Shown here piece after piece: positions 27,010-42,000 of a stretch of 64,000 nt of DNA. The notes under the pieces are model-generated. The model had not been told where the DNA came from and did no database searches. It saw only the letters and a program-made list of their open reading frames with translations. This DNA comes from the human T2T-CHM13v2.0 reference genome, Homo sapiens, in NCBI RefSeq assembly GCF_009914755.1, contig NC_060940.1. One strand, 5' to 3'. Both the position numbers and the translations under genes were made by a program. How positions within the stretch are numbered: position 1 is the first letter of the stretch; every line of letters starts with the position of its first letter.

Positions 27010-27770
27010 GGATTTCCAAGCTGGCCATTAATAATCAATTTGAATTGAAATAACGCTAACACTGGAATTAACTATGTACTACATACAACTTAATTATGAA
27101 AACAAGCTTGCCTAAACACATGATAGAACAATGACAGCAGGCAGGCCTTGAGAGACTGAAATGTTGTGAAAAAATAAATACATGGGTAAGCTCTACACTC
27201 ACCCCATCCTTTCCATGAGGTTTCGTACCAGTTTACCGCAAAGTGAAATAAAACTCAAGGAGAAGCTCAGTCTTGGTTACTGAGGAAACAGAGAATAGAA
27301 TTCCAAAATGCCAAATAAACTGGATATAGTTGCAACATCTTTGATAGGAGAAAACTGGAAAGAAGTGAGGCAAAAATTGTGTGTGTAGTATCTTCTTGAG
27401 GAACTGGCCAATTCCAAACCTGTTCCAGCATAAGACAAGACCAGGTAACCCAGAATAAACCGCATCTGGAAGACCAAAGAACTTAACAGAAATGTTAGCA
27501 TTCAGTAGTTGATGAGAAGAGGAAGGTTGGCATTAAAGCCCTGCAAATGTAAAAAAAACATGGTGACTACAACTTACTCAAGAATAGAGAGAAAATGGAA
27601 ACAGACCAGCCTGAATAAAGCCAAAACTAACTCACAACAGCAGCAAGATAGTCAACTGGTTCTCTCTGCCAGCCAGGAAAAATAAAAATAAAAGTCTTTT
27701 TTGAAGTAGGTAGTGTTGCTCATAGTGTCCACAGTTTTTAATTCAAAATATCTAACATCCAACAAAAACC
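27010..27770 (+). mobile_element. Ancient L1ME-type 5' region fragment
   Basis: A-rich, degenerate L1 5'-end-like sequence ending ttcaaaatatctaacatccaacaaaaa. Family uncertain. Confidence 0.4.
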
Positions 27771-27864
27771 TGTGGAACTAAGATTGTCAGAATACAATGA
27801 ACATTAACTGCTGCATATGATTGTTGGATATGACAGTATCATCACATTACACCAGAGAAAGCCT

Positions 27865-28050
27865 GTGTATTTGGAACTGGGACACTACATATATTTTTTC
27901 AAGATTGACTTTGTGACCTTGAGCAAACTGCATAACTTGTTTTTTTAAAAAATTAAATAAATTATAAATTATTTTAGAAATGAGCATCACAATCCCTACT
28001 TGTCCCTTCTGATGGGCTGCTGTGGAATCAAAAGTTTAAATTGCATGCTT
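27865..28050 (+). mobile_element. MIR fragment
   Basis: gactttgtgaccttgagcaaactgcataac...tgggctgctgtggaatcaaa. Confidence 0.6.
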
Positions 28051-28290
28051 ATGTCAATTACAGAACAGAAATTCTATAGTTCAGTTTTCTCCTTTTTTTT
28101 TCCTTTAGTTCTTCTAAAAAAATGGGATGCATGTGCAGAACATAAAGGTTTGTTACATAGGTATACATGTGCCATCCTGGTTTGTTGCACCTATTGACCC
28201 ATATTCTTAAGTTCCCTGTCCTCAACCCCTACCCCCCAACAGACCCTGGTGTGTGTTGTTCCCCTCCCTGTGTCCATGTGTTCTCATTGT

Positions 28291-31200
28291 TCAACTCCCA
28301 CTTATGAGTGAGAACATTCGGTGTTTGATTTTCTGTTTCTGTGTTTGTTTGCTGAGGATGATGGCTTCCAGTTTCATCCATGTCCCTGCAAAGGACGTGA
28401 TCTCATTCCTTTTTATGGCTTCATAGTATTCCTTGGTGTATGTGTATCACATTTTCTTTATCCAGTCTATCATTGATGGGCATTTGGGCTGGTTCCAAGT
28501 CTTTGCTATTGTAAATAGTGCTGCAGTAAACATAGGTGTGCATGTGTCTTTATAGTAGAATGATTTATATTCCTTTGGGTATACACACCCAGTAATGGGT
28601 CAAATGGTATTTCTGGTTCTAGATCCTCAAGGAATTGCCATACTGTCTTCCACAATGGTTGAACTAATTTACATTCCCACCACCAATGTAAAAGCATAGC
28701 TATTTCTCCACACCCTCGCTAGCATCTATTGTTTCCTGACTTTTTAATAATTGCTATTCTGACTGGTGTGAGATGGTACCTCGTTGTGGTTTTGATTTGC
28801 ATTTTCCTGATGATCAGTGATGTTGAGCTTTTTTTCATATGTTTGTTGGCTGCATAAATGTCTTCTTTTGAGAAGTGTCTGTTTGTATCCTTTGCCCACT
28901 TTTTGATGGGGTTTTTTTCTTGTAAATATATTTAAGTTCCTTCTGAATGCTGGATATTAGACCTTTGTCAGATGGGTAGATTGCAAAATTTTTCTCCCAT
29001 TCTGTAGGTTGCCTGTTCACTGTGATGATAGTCTCTTTTGCTGTGCAGAAGCTCTTTCGTTTAATTAGATCCCATTTGTCAATTTTGGCTTTTGTTGCAA
29101 TTGTTTTTGGTGTTTTTGTCATGAAGTCTTTGCCCATGCCTATGTCCTGAATGGTATTGTCTAGGTTTTCTTCTTGGGTTTTTATGGTCTTGAGTTTTAC
29201 ATTCAAGTCTTTAATCCATCTTGAGTTAATTTTTGTATAAGGTGTAAGGAAGGGGTCCAGTTTCAGTTTTTTGCATTTGGCTAGCCAGTTTTCCCAGGAC
29301 CATTTACTGAATAGGAGAGCCTTTCCCCATTGCTTGTTTTTGTCAGGTTTGTTGAAGATCAGATGGTTGTAGATGCGTGGTGCTATTTCTGAGGTCTCTG
29401 TTCTGTCTGCTCCATTGGTCTATATATCTGTTTTGGTACCAGTACCATGCTGATTTGGGTACTGTAACCTTGTAGTATAGTTTGAAACAGGTAGTGTGAT
29501 GCCTCCAGCTTTGTTCTTTTTGCTTAGGATTGTCTTGGCTATACAGAGTCTTCTTTGATTCCACATGAAATTTAAAATAGTTTTTTTCTAATTCTGTGAA
29601 GAATGCCAGTGATAGTTTGATGGGAATAGCATTGAAGCATTGAATCTATAAATTATTTTGGTCAATATGGCCATTTCCATGATATTGATTCTTCCTATCC
29701 ATGAAGATGGAATGTTTTTCCATCTGTTTGTGTCCGCTCTTATTTCCTTGTGCAGTGGTTTGAAGTTCTCCTTGAAGAGGTCATTCACATCACTTGTTAG
29801 CTGTATTCCTAGGTATTTTATTCTCTTTGTAGAAATTGTGAATGGGAGTTCATTCATGATTTGGCTCTCTGCTTGCCTAATGTTGGTGTAAAGGAATGCT
29901 TGTGAATTTTGCATATTGATTTTGTACCCTGAGACTTTGTCAAAGTTACTTATCCATTCAAGAAGTTTTTGGGCTGAGGTGATTTGGTTTTCTAAATATA
30001 AAATCATGTCATCTGCAAACAGAGACAACTTGACTTCCTCTCTTCCTATTTGAATACGCTTTATTTCTTTCTCTTGCCTGATTGCCCTGGCCAGAATTTC
30101 CAATACTGTGTTGAATAGGAGTGGTGAGAGAGGGCACCCTTGTCTTGTGCCAGTTTTCAAAGGGTTCCAGCTTTTGCTCATTCAATATAATATTAGCTGT
30201 GGGTTTGTCATGAATAGCTCTTATTATTTTGAGATATGTTCCATCAATACCTAGTTTATTGAGAGTTTTTAACATGAAAGAATGTTGAATTTTATTCAAG
30301 GCCTTTTCTGCATCTATTGAGATAATCATGTGGTTTTTGTCTTTGGTTCTGTTTATGTGATGGATTACGTTTATTGATTTCCATATGTTGAACCAGGCTT
30401 GCATCGCAGGGATCATGATGGATAAGTTTTTTGATGTGCTGCTGGATTTGGTGTGGCAGTATTTTATTGAGGATTTTTGCATCAATGTTCATCAGGGATA
30501 CTGGTCTGAAGTTTTCTTTTTTTGTTGTGTCTCTTCCAGGTTTTGGTATCAGGGTGATGCTGGATTCATAAAATGAGTTAGGGAGGAGTCCCTTCCTTTC
30601 AATTGTTTGGAATAGTTTCAAAAGGAATGGTACCCGCTCCTCTTTCTATTTCTGGTAGAATTCAGCTGTGAATCCATCTGACCTTGGGCTTGTTTTGGTT
30701 GGTAGACTATTAATTACTGCCTCAATTTCAGAGCTTGTTATTGGTCTATTCAGGGATTCAACTTTTTTTCTGTTTTAGTCTTGGTAGGGTGTTTGCATCC
30801 AGGAATTTATCCATTTCTTCTAGGTTTTCTACTTTATTTATGTAGAGGTGTTTATAGTATTCTCTGATGGTAGTTTGTATTTCTGTGGGGTCAGTGGTGA
30901 TATCCCCTTTATCATTATTTATTGTATCTATTTGATTCTTCTCTCTTTATTAGCCTAGGTAACAGTCTATCTATTTTGTTAATTTTTTCAGAAAAACAGC
31001 TTCTGGATTCGTTGATTTTTTGGAGGGTTTTTGTGTCTCTACCACCTTCATTTTTTCTCTCTTCTTAGTTATTTCTTGTCTCCTGGTACCTTTTGGATTA
31101 GTTTGCTCTTGCCTCTCTAGCTCTTTTGTCATGTTAGGATGTCAATTTGAGATTGTTCTAGCTTTCTGATGTGGGCATTTAGTGCTATAAATTTCCCTCT

Positions 31201-32133
31201 TAACACTGCTTTAGCTGTGTCCCAGAGATTCTGCTGCATTGTCTCTTTATTCTCACTGGTTTCAAAGAACTTCTTGATTTCTGCCTTAACTTCATTATTT
31301 ACCCAGGAGTCATTCGGTGGCAGGTTGTTCAATTTCCATAAAATTGTGTGGTTTTGAGTGAGTTTCTTAACTCTGAGCTCTAATTTGATTGCACTGTGGT
31401 CTAAGAGACTGTTTGTTATGATTTCAGTTCTTTTGCATTTGCTAAAGAGTGTTTTACTTTCAATCATGTGGTCAATTTTAGAATATGTGCCATGTGGCAC
31501 GGAGAAGAATGTATATTCTGTTGATTTGGGGTAGAGAGTTCTGTAGACATCTGCTAGGTCCACTTGATCCAGAGCTGAGTTCAAGTCCTGAATATCCTTG
31601 TTAATTTTCTGTCTCATTGATCTGTCTAATACTGACAAGGGAGTGTTAAAGTCTCCCACTATTATTGTGTGGGAATCTAAGTCTCTTTGTAGTTTTCTAA
31701 GAACTTGTTTTATGAATCTGGGTGCTCCCTTATTGGATATATAGTCAGAATAGTTAGCTCTTCTTGTTGAATTGTTCCCTTTACCATTACATTATGTAGT
31801 GCCCTTCTTTGTTTTTGTTCGTTTGTTTGTTTTTTATCTTTGTTAGTTTAAAGTCCGTTTTGTCAGAGACCGGGATTGCAACTCCTGTTTATTTTTTGTT
31901 TGTTTGTTTGTTTGTTTTGTTTTGTTTTGCTTTCCATTTGCTTGGTAAATTTTCCTCCATCCCTTTAGTTTGAGCCTGTGTGTGTCTTTGTGTGTAAGAT
32001 GGGTCTCCTGAATATGGCATACCAATTGTTCTTGACTCTTCATCCAATTTGCCAATCTGTGTCTTTTAATTGGGACATTTAGCCCATTTACTTTTAAGGT
32101 TAGTATTGTTATGTGTGAATTTGATCCTGCCAT
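28291..32133 (-). pseudogene. L1 ORF2 (endonuclease/reverse transcriptase) remnant, frameshifted
   Basis: ORF-track fragments: MAGSNSHITILTLKVNGLN (EN start), MGDFNTPLS...LDHSAIKL (EN), [14 protein letters not shown]...LFADDMILY (RT), [16 protein letters not shown] (C-terminus). Split across many frames. Confidence 0.93.
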
Positions 32134-32159
32134 CCTGACACTACTTGGTTATTTTGCAC

Positions 32160-33490
<1,331 letters not shown>

Positions 33491-35134
33491 AGTTCGTCTA
33501 GTTTTGGTCTTTGAGGCTGCTGACACTTGCATCGGGTTTTTGTGGGGGACTTTTTTGTTGTTGTTGATATTCTTGTCACTTTCTGCTTGTTTGTTTGTTT
33601 CTTTCAATAGTAAGCTCCCTCTTCTGTAGAGCTGCTGCAGTTTGCTGGGGGTTCATTTCAGGCCCTATTCATCTGATTTGCTCCCGTGCCTGGAAATATC
33701 ACTCAAGGAGGCTAGAAAATAGCAAAAATGGGTGCCTGCTCCTTCTTCTGGAGCCTCTGTCCTCAAGAGGCACCAAACTGATGCCAGTAGGATCACTCCT
33801 ATATAGGGTGTCTGACAACCCCTGTTGGAGAGTCTCACCCAGTTGGGTGGCACAGGGAGCACTTCGTCCCTTGGTGGACAAAGGAAGCACTTTGTCCCTT
33901 GGTGGAGATAGTGTGCTTCACTAAGGGGAAACCCACTTGTCTGGGCTCCCTGGATTTCTCAGAACTTCCAGGAGGAGAGGGTAAGTCTGCTGGCCCACAG
34001 AGACTGTGGCCACCCCTCCCCCTAGGGTCTCAGGCCCAGGGAGATCCGAATTCTGTACCTGAGCCTCTGGCTAGAGTTACTGGAGATCCTGCAGGGAAGG
34101 CCCGCCGAGTGAGGAAGGATGGGTCAGGTTTAGGCCTGAAAAGGCACTCTGGCAGCAGTCTGCCACAGCCAGTATGATGGGCTGTGGGGACAAGCCTTGG
34201 GACTAAGCTGTCCAGCCTCCTTGGCTCCAGCAAGGGAAAAGCATAGCCTGGAGCTATCGAAATGAGTTGCCACCCTTCCCCCACCCAGGGAGTTTAGCAT
34301 GTTGGCAGTTGCCAGTGGCAGTGCTGGCTGCTGCCCCTCCCCCAAGAAGCTCAAACAGCTTAGACAGCAGGCAGCCACAGCTGGTGCTGCTTGCCTCTCC
34401 CCGCAGGAGTTTGGCAGGCTTAAGCAGATTGCAGCTGAGAGGCTGTAAGAATCTGTATGTTCCAGGGTTGGGGTGCTAGGCCCCAGTAGCTTGGGTTCAT
34501 GAGTAGGATCTTCCAATCCATGGGTTGCATAGTTCCTTGGAAAAAGCAGTGTCCCCAGCTGGGTAGCACGCTCACTCACTGCCTCCCTGGCTGGAGAGGG
34601 GAGGTTTCCCTTCCCCGTGTGGCTGTCAGGTGGGCTGTGGCACCACACTGTTCTTCCTTCTCTCCGGGAGTCAGGCCAGCCTTCTAGTCAATTTTAATGA
34701 GAGAACCTGGATACCTTGATTGTCGGTGAAGGATTCACATGCTTATTATGTGGTTGTTTGTTTGTTTGTTTGTTTTTTCTTCAATAGGAGCCTCAGAATA
34801 CAGCTGCTTCTAGTCAGCCACCTTGGCCCTGCCCCCCAGATATCTCCTTTTTATGGAGGTTGAAGGTAGGATCCAGCTGGGGAAAAAGTGGTTCATGTCT
34901 ATGTTGCTAGCTCAAGACAAAGCCCACTTCAGAAAATGTGCTCCAATTAGTACTCCTTTTTCACATATTCCATAAGAATGAATGATTATGGTTGATTATG
35001 GTGGTATCCTCATTATCTGAATGTAATCAGATTGATGTTTTCAGAATACTTTATTCAACTTAACTCTGTTAAGGGGTAAACCAGTTTATGGATGGTTAAA
35101 TGTATAGAGATAAAGAATCGTGCCCACTTCATCT

Positions 35135-36090
35135 ATGGAACAAATATTTGAGTACTATCTTAGAACAGGCATTGTTCTAAGTGCTTAGGATACATCATTG
35201 AAAAAAACACAATAATTCCTGTCCTTGAGGTGCTTGCATTCTAACAAAGGAAAACAGCAAGTATAGACATAAACACAAAAATAAGAAAGCTATATATTAG
35301 GACATGATAAACACTGTATGGAAAAATAGAAAGGTAATGCAGGCTTTGGTCATGATGTAAGTGAAGGTAGAGATTGTCAGCCATTTTTAATAGGCTTTTA
35401 AAATATTACCTCATGAAGAAGGTGACATTTTAATTTGGGGCAATACTTGAAGGAGGTAAAATGTTTGAAAAATGATGAGGATATCTAGTGGACAGGAGTA
35501 ATCCATGCAGTGTTTCTGAGGAGCAGCCAAAGCATTAGTGGCTGGGGCAAAGTGGGTGTGAGATTAAGGCTAGAAGATGAGACCAGAGGGTAACAAAGGG
35601 GCCAAATTATGTAAGGTCTGGTAGAATTTGGCTTTTCTTGTGAATGAAATGAGAAGTTGTTGTAAGATTCTGAACAAAGGGACAACATGATTTTATTTAA
35701 ATATTCAAATAATCATCCAGTTTTCTATTTTGAGAAAAGATTCAGGGATAGGATGGGACAAGAATAGAAGCAGAGGAGGCTGGGTGTTGGCTAGTTGCGC
35801 AAACCCATGCAGCTCATCCTGGTGCTTGGAACTATGATGGTGACAGTAAGAGTGGGGTAAATTATTTGGGTCTAGTTACTTTTTGAAGCCAGAGTCAACA
35901 AGATTTCCTACTGAGTAGTCTGTGGGACATGAGAGAAGAATGGTGAATCAAGAAGAAATCCAATTTTATTGGCCTTAGTATCTAAAAGGAACTTCCAACA
36001 GCTGAGTTGAGAAATACTGCAGGTAAAGCAACTTTGAAGAGGAAAATCAGAAGTTGTCTTTGGGGCATATTATAATTTAAAAAAATATTA
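35135..36090 (-). mobile_element. L2 (L2a-like) fragment, about 950 bp
   Basis: Antisense 3' end aacaaatatttgagtactat...aggcattgttctaagtgcttaggataca, continuing through tttggcttttcttgtgaatgaaatgagaag and gaagttgtctttggggcatatt. Confidence 0.8.
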
Positions 36091-39000
36091 AATAATTGGA
36101 TGGAAAACTCAACCCATTTATCATTTATTTCAACATAAAAAGACGGAATACATTGATTGTTCTCATTTTGGCTCTCCTAAGCATTCCCCCAAGCAATACA
36201 GGAAGTGAACTTAATAGAATCAGTGATATTTATTGCTTTTTTAACATAAATCTTCACATGTTCTATTTGAAATGAGTAGTGTGGTCCCTTGCAATTACTT
36301 TTTTATTCCAACCTGTTCAAATATTTGAGTGGAAAATGGTCTTATCGGGTCATCGTGGAGCCTTTGCTATTGCTGAGCTAATAACACTTTTTTTGAAAAC
36401 TCCATTTAAATGGTGCAGATGAAAACCTATGCCTCCTCTCTATGTCACTCCCAAACACATTGGGAGATGAACCACAGGGGAAGCCCATATGTTAGAAAGG
36501 CATGCTTCATTTAGCTATTGCAACACGCTGGCTGAAGGGTGCTATAGATGGAGTTGCTTAGAAAAGATTACATCTCTTGGCTTCTGGCAAAGGAAAAAAA
36601 GTGTTTAAAAAGGCTGTACTGAGGGCTAAGAGCTTTATTGAAATTCTACAGGAGGCTTACAGAAATGGTGAGCTTCTGACCTGTTATCAGGTACCAGCAT
36701 TTGGACATCTTGACACTCTATAATTGAAATTCATTGCTTGACCTTTAGTCTATAAAAATGGTATGCTGTCATTAGCACTGACTGCTTGCTGTATTCTCCT
36801 GTCACTCCTTAGACCAGCTTAAACCATCTCAGATGAAATAGCCTATTTCATGTCAGACCTCAGAGTTTGCCACTATTAAAGTGGAAAGCTAAAGCAATGT
36901 TTAGCAATGTGGTAAAGACTAATGCAATAGAATTGCTAGAGAAGTAGGAGTCTTTCTTTTTTAAATTCCCTTTAAAAATTAATGCTCTCTGGTATGGTAC
37001 CATCTCTATTACACTACTCCTGTCAGAGTGAGAACCATTACTTTTTTTAATTGCATTTTAATTTAACCTGTGAATGCCACACTGTCTACCTTACATTTGA
37101 CAAAGTATTCGAATGTTAGTTCACCAAGAAGACAAGTTAATGTAAGAATTACAAGGTAATATTTCACACTCATGATGTGAAGAATTGAGGCAATTATATG
37201 GATATTTTAGCCAAAAAAAAAAATCCATGCTGCCATAATTTTTTGAAAATTTTAGGTAACAGAGAAATTGATGGGTTTGGGTGATTTAACCCACACTTTA
37301 TTCTGAGAATTACTTTATTTATCACTTGATGTCATCAGTTCCAATCCGATGGTCAGAGAGATGTTAGTTGTTCTGAGTATCCATGTTATAAGAGTAGTCA
37401 CCTCGTTAACTAAAGAAATGGGATGACCTGGCTGTTGACAACTACAACTCTTGAACTGTCTCAAATCACATAGAGCTAAAGAGGATTCATCTTCTTGGTG
37501 ACTTAAGAAACTGAATTGTAAAAACATGGAAAATCATTCTACTTCTTTCCGATGTATGGTCTCAATTTTCCTTTATGCAAAAACAGACTTCAAAAACATT
37601 ATTGTGAAATGATTGTGGAAAAATCAAAGCACGGTGTTTAGAGTGACGGAAATATTTCTCTCAAGTCAATACCGTATTCTGTTCTAGGTCATTCATAAAC
37701 TTAACCCGTGCATAACTGCTGAGAATTAGCTTTCCTCTCTCTCCTCCAAGTTTAAAAGAGCTTTTTATCTCTTATTTTCTTAAATACGTCAAACAGCATT
37801 GGATTAATACTGGAATACCAATATCTATGCCTTGGCTTATTTTAAAGAATGCTATTTATTTTTTCATTTTAATTTGTTTTTATTGCAATAACTTTTGGGA
37901 TATATGTGGGTTTTGGTTACGTGGATAAATTGTATTGTGGAGAAGTCTGGGATTTGGGTGTGTCTGTCACCTGAATGGTATGTATGGTACCTAATAGGTA
38001 GTTTTTAAGCCTCACCCTTCTGCCACTCTCCCCGCTTCTAAGTCTTCAATGTCCATTATACCACTCTGTATGCCTCTGCATACCCATAGCTTAGCTCCCA
38101 TTCATAGGTGAGGCCATGCAGTATTTGGTTTACCATTCCTGAGGCCATGTAGTATTTGGTTTATCATTCGTTAATTTCTTCACTTAGGATAATGCCTCAG
38201 TCCCATCCATGTTGCTACAGAAGAAATCATTTCATTCTTTTTATGGTGGAGTAGTATTCCATGGTCTATATATACCACATTTTCTTTATCCACTCTTCAC
38301 TTGATAGGCACTTAGGTTGATTTCATATCTTTCCAATTATGAATTGTGCTGCAATTCAAATATGGGTGCAGGTGTCATTTTCATATAATGACTTATTTCC
38401 TTTTGGGTAAATGCCCATTGCTGGGATTGCTAGATCGAATGATAGATCTACTTTTAGCTCTTTGAGAAATCTCCATACCATTTTCCGTAGAGGTTATATT
38501 AATTTACACTCCCACAAGTAGTGTATAAGTGTTCCCTTTTCACCACATCCATGTCAACATATGCTGTTTTTGACTTTTTAATAATGTCCATTCTGATTGA
38601 AGTAAAGTGGTATCTCATTGTGCTTTTAATTTGCATTTCATTAATTAGTGATGTTGAGCGTTTTTCATGTTGGCCATTTGTATATTTTCTTTTGAGAAAT
38701 GTTTATTCATCTTATTTGCCCCTTTTATTGGGATTATTTGTTTATTTCTTACTGATTTGTTTGTGTTCCTTGTAGATTCTGGGTATTAGTTCTTTTTCAG
38801 ACCCACAGTTTGCAAATATTTTTCTTATTCTGTGGATTATCATTTTACTCTCTTGATTATTTATTTTGCTGTGCAGAAGATTTTTAGTATAATTAAGTCC
38901 CATTTATTTATTTTTGTTTTTATTGGATTTGATTTCAAGGTCCTAGTTACAAATGCTTTGCTTAGGCCAATGTCCAGAAGAGCTTTTTTTGTAGATTTTC

Positions 39001-42000
39001 TTCTAGAATTTGTATGGTTTCAGGACTTACATTTAAGTCTTTAATCCATCTTGAGTTCAATTTCGTATATGGTGAGAAACAGGGATTCAGTTTCATTCTT
39101 CATGCAGCTATCCATTTTTTCCAGGACCATTTATTGAAAATGGTATCTTTTCCCCAGTTTATGTTTTGGTGTGCTTTGTCAAAGATCAGGTGTTTGTAGG
39201 TATTTGGTTTCATTGCTGGGTTCTCTATTCTGAACCATTGGTCTCTATATCTTGTTTTATAAAAGTGTCATGCTTTTTTGGTTACTGCAGCCTTGTAGCG
39301 TAATTTGAAGTCAGGTAATGTGATGCCTCCAGATTTGTTCTTTTTGATTAGGATCGCTTTGGCTATTAGGGCTCTTTTTTGGTTCCGTATGAATTTTAGG
39401 ATTTTCTTTCTAATTTTATAAAAACTTACATGGATATTTTGATAGAAATAGCCTTGAATCTGTAGATTGCTTTGGTCATTACGGTCATTTTCATGATATT
39501 GGTTTTTCCAATGCATGAATATGAGATGTATTTCCATTTGTGTCATCTATCATTTCTTTCTTTAGTGTTTTCTAGTTCTCCTTGTAGAGATCTTTTGCCT
39601 CCTTGGTTAAGAATCCTCATATGAATTTATTTTTTGTAAGTTATGTAAAAGGAATTGAGTTCTTGATTTGATTCTCAGATTGGTCATTGTTGGTCTGTAC
39701 CAGTGCCACTGAGCTGTGCACATTTATTTTGTAAACCGAGGCTTTGCTGAATTCATTTATCAAATCTAGTAGTCTTTTGGAGTAGGCTGTAAGGTTTTCT
39801 GGGTATACAATCATATCACCGACAGACATAGTTTGAGTTTGTATTTTCCAATTTGGATTTTCCAGTTTTGGCTATTAGGGCTCTTTTTTGGTTCCATATG
39901 AATTTTAGGATTTTTTTTTCTCATTTTATAAAAAATTACATTGATATTTTGATAGAAATATCCTTGAATCTGTAGATTGCTTTGGTCAGTATGGTCATTT
40001 TCTGTTATTTTTCTGTTTTTTTTTCTCTTGCTGATGGTTCTGGCTAGGACAGAAGTGGTGAAAGTGGTCATCCTTGTCTTTTTTCAGTTCTTAGGGAAAA
40101 TGCTTTCAGATTTTCCCCATTCAGTGTGATGTCCATTGGTTTATCATATATGGCTTTTATTATTCTGAGGTATGTTCTTTCTGTGCATAGTTTGTTGAAC
40201 ATTTTTATCATAAAGAGATGCTGAATTTCATTGAGTGTTTTTTCTGCATCGATTGAGATAATCTTATGTTTCTTGTTTTTAATACTGTTTATGTGATGAA
40301 TCACATTTATTGGCTGGTGTATGTTGAGCCAAACCTCCATTCCTGGGATGAAACTCACTTGATCATGGTGAATTTTTTTTATATGCTGTTGGATTCTGTT
40401 TGCTAGTATTTTGTTTAAAATATTTGCATGTATGTCCATTGGGACTATTAATCTATAGTTTTCTTTCCTTGTTACATATTTTCCTGGCTTTGGTACCAGA
40501 GTGATACTAGTTTTGTAGAATGAGTTGGAGGAGGATTCCCCTTCTTCTTGATCTTTTACAATAGTTTCAGTAGGATTGGTACAAATTCTTTGAATGTCTG
40601 GTAGAATTTAGTTATGAATCAGTCTGATCTTGGGATTTTTTTGCAGATTTTATATTATTGATTCACTCACATTGCTAGTTATTAGTCTGTTCAGGATTTC
40701 TATTTCTTTCTGAGTCAAGCAAGAGAAGTTGTAGGTTTCCAGGATTTTTTTCATTTCCTCTAGATTTTCTAGGTTATGTGCATAGAGGAGCTCATAGTAG
40801 TCTCAAATGATCTTTTGTATTTCTCTGGTATCAGTTGTAATGTCTCCATTTTCTTTTTTAATTGGACTTACGTGAATTTTCTCTCTTCTTGGTTAATACA
40901 GCTAGTGATCTATCTATTTTGTTTATTTTTTCAAAACACCAACTTTTCATTTTATTAATCTTTTATATTGTTTCAATTTTGATTAGTTCTGCTCTTATCT
41001 TTGTTATTTCTTTCCTTCTGCTAACTTTGGGCTTGGTTGTCCTTGTTTCTCTAGTTCCTTGAGGTGTGCTGTTAGGTTGTCAATTTGTGATCTTTCTGAC
41101 TTTTTAATGCTGGTATTTAGTGCTATAAACTTTCCTCCTAGCACTAATTTGGCTGCATCGCAGAAGTTTTCATATTTCTTTCAATGTTATCAGTAATTTC
41201 AAAATTTTTTTTAACATTTTCGTCTTGATTTCATTGCTAAGCCCAAAATCATTCATAAGCAGCCTGTTTAATTTCTGTGTTTTTGTATGAGTTTGAGTGT
41301 AATTTTTGGAATTGATTTCTACATTTATTCCACTGTGGTGAAAGAAGATACTTGATATACTTTGGATTTTTAAACATTATTGAAACTTTTCCTGTGGCCT
41401 ATCATATGGTCTGTCTTGGAAGATGTTCCATGCGCTGATGAAGAGAATGTATATTGTGCACTTTTCAGGTAAAATGTTCTGTAAATATCTGTTAGGTCCA
41501 TTTGTTATTGAATTCAGTTTAAATACGGTGTTTCTTTGTTGACTTTCTGCCTCAGTCATCTGTCTCATGCTGACGGTGGAGTGTTAAAGTCCCACACTAT
41601 TACTGTGTTGCTTATTTATTATTTTATTGCTGTTTATTATTTTCTTAAGAGAAAAGAAATCACTACTACTATTTATCTAGTTATAATTTTTTTATGACTT
41701 TGGGAGCTGCACAGTTAGGTGCATACATATTCAGGATTGTTATGTTTTGTTGAATTGATACTTTTATTATTATGTAATAACTTTTTGTCTTTTTTTACAA
41801 TTATTGTTTTAAAGTCTGTTTTATCTGATATGAGAATAGCTACTTCTGCTCACTTGTGGTTTCCATTTGTGTGGAATGTCTTTTTCCAGTACTTTCCCTT
41901 AAACCTATAAGAATCTTTATATGTTAGGTGGGTCTCTTGAAGACAGTAGATATACAGTTTGTGACCTTTTTTATCCACCCTGCCAATTTGTTATCTTTTA

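Noticed and set aside
33595-34687. Cluster of ORFs on both strands, considered as a possible ORF0-like product
   Set aside because: A GC-richer L1 5'UTR naturally has fewer stops. I cannot recognise ORF0 homology.
37330-37460. Possible ancient tRNA-derived SINE (B-box-like cagttccaatcc)
   Set aside because: Only a short degenerate motif; no A-box or body that I can match confidently.
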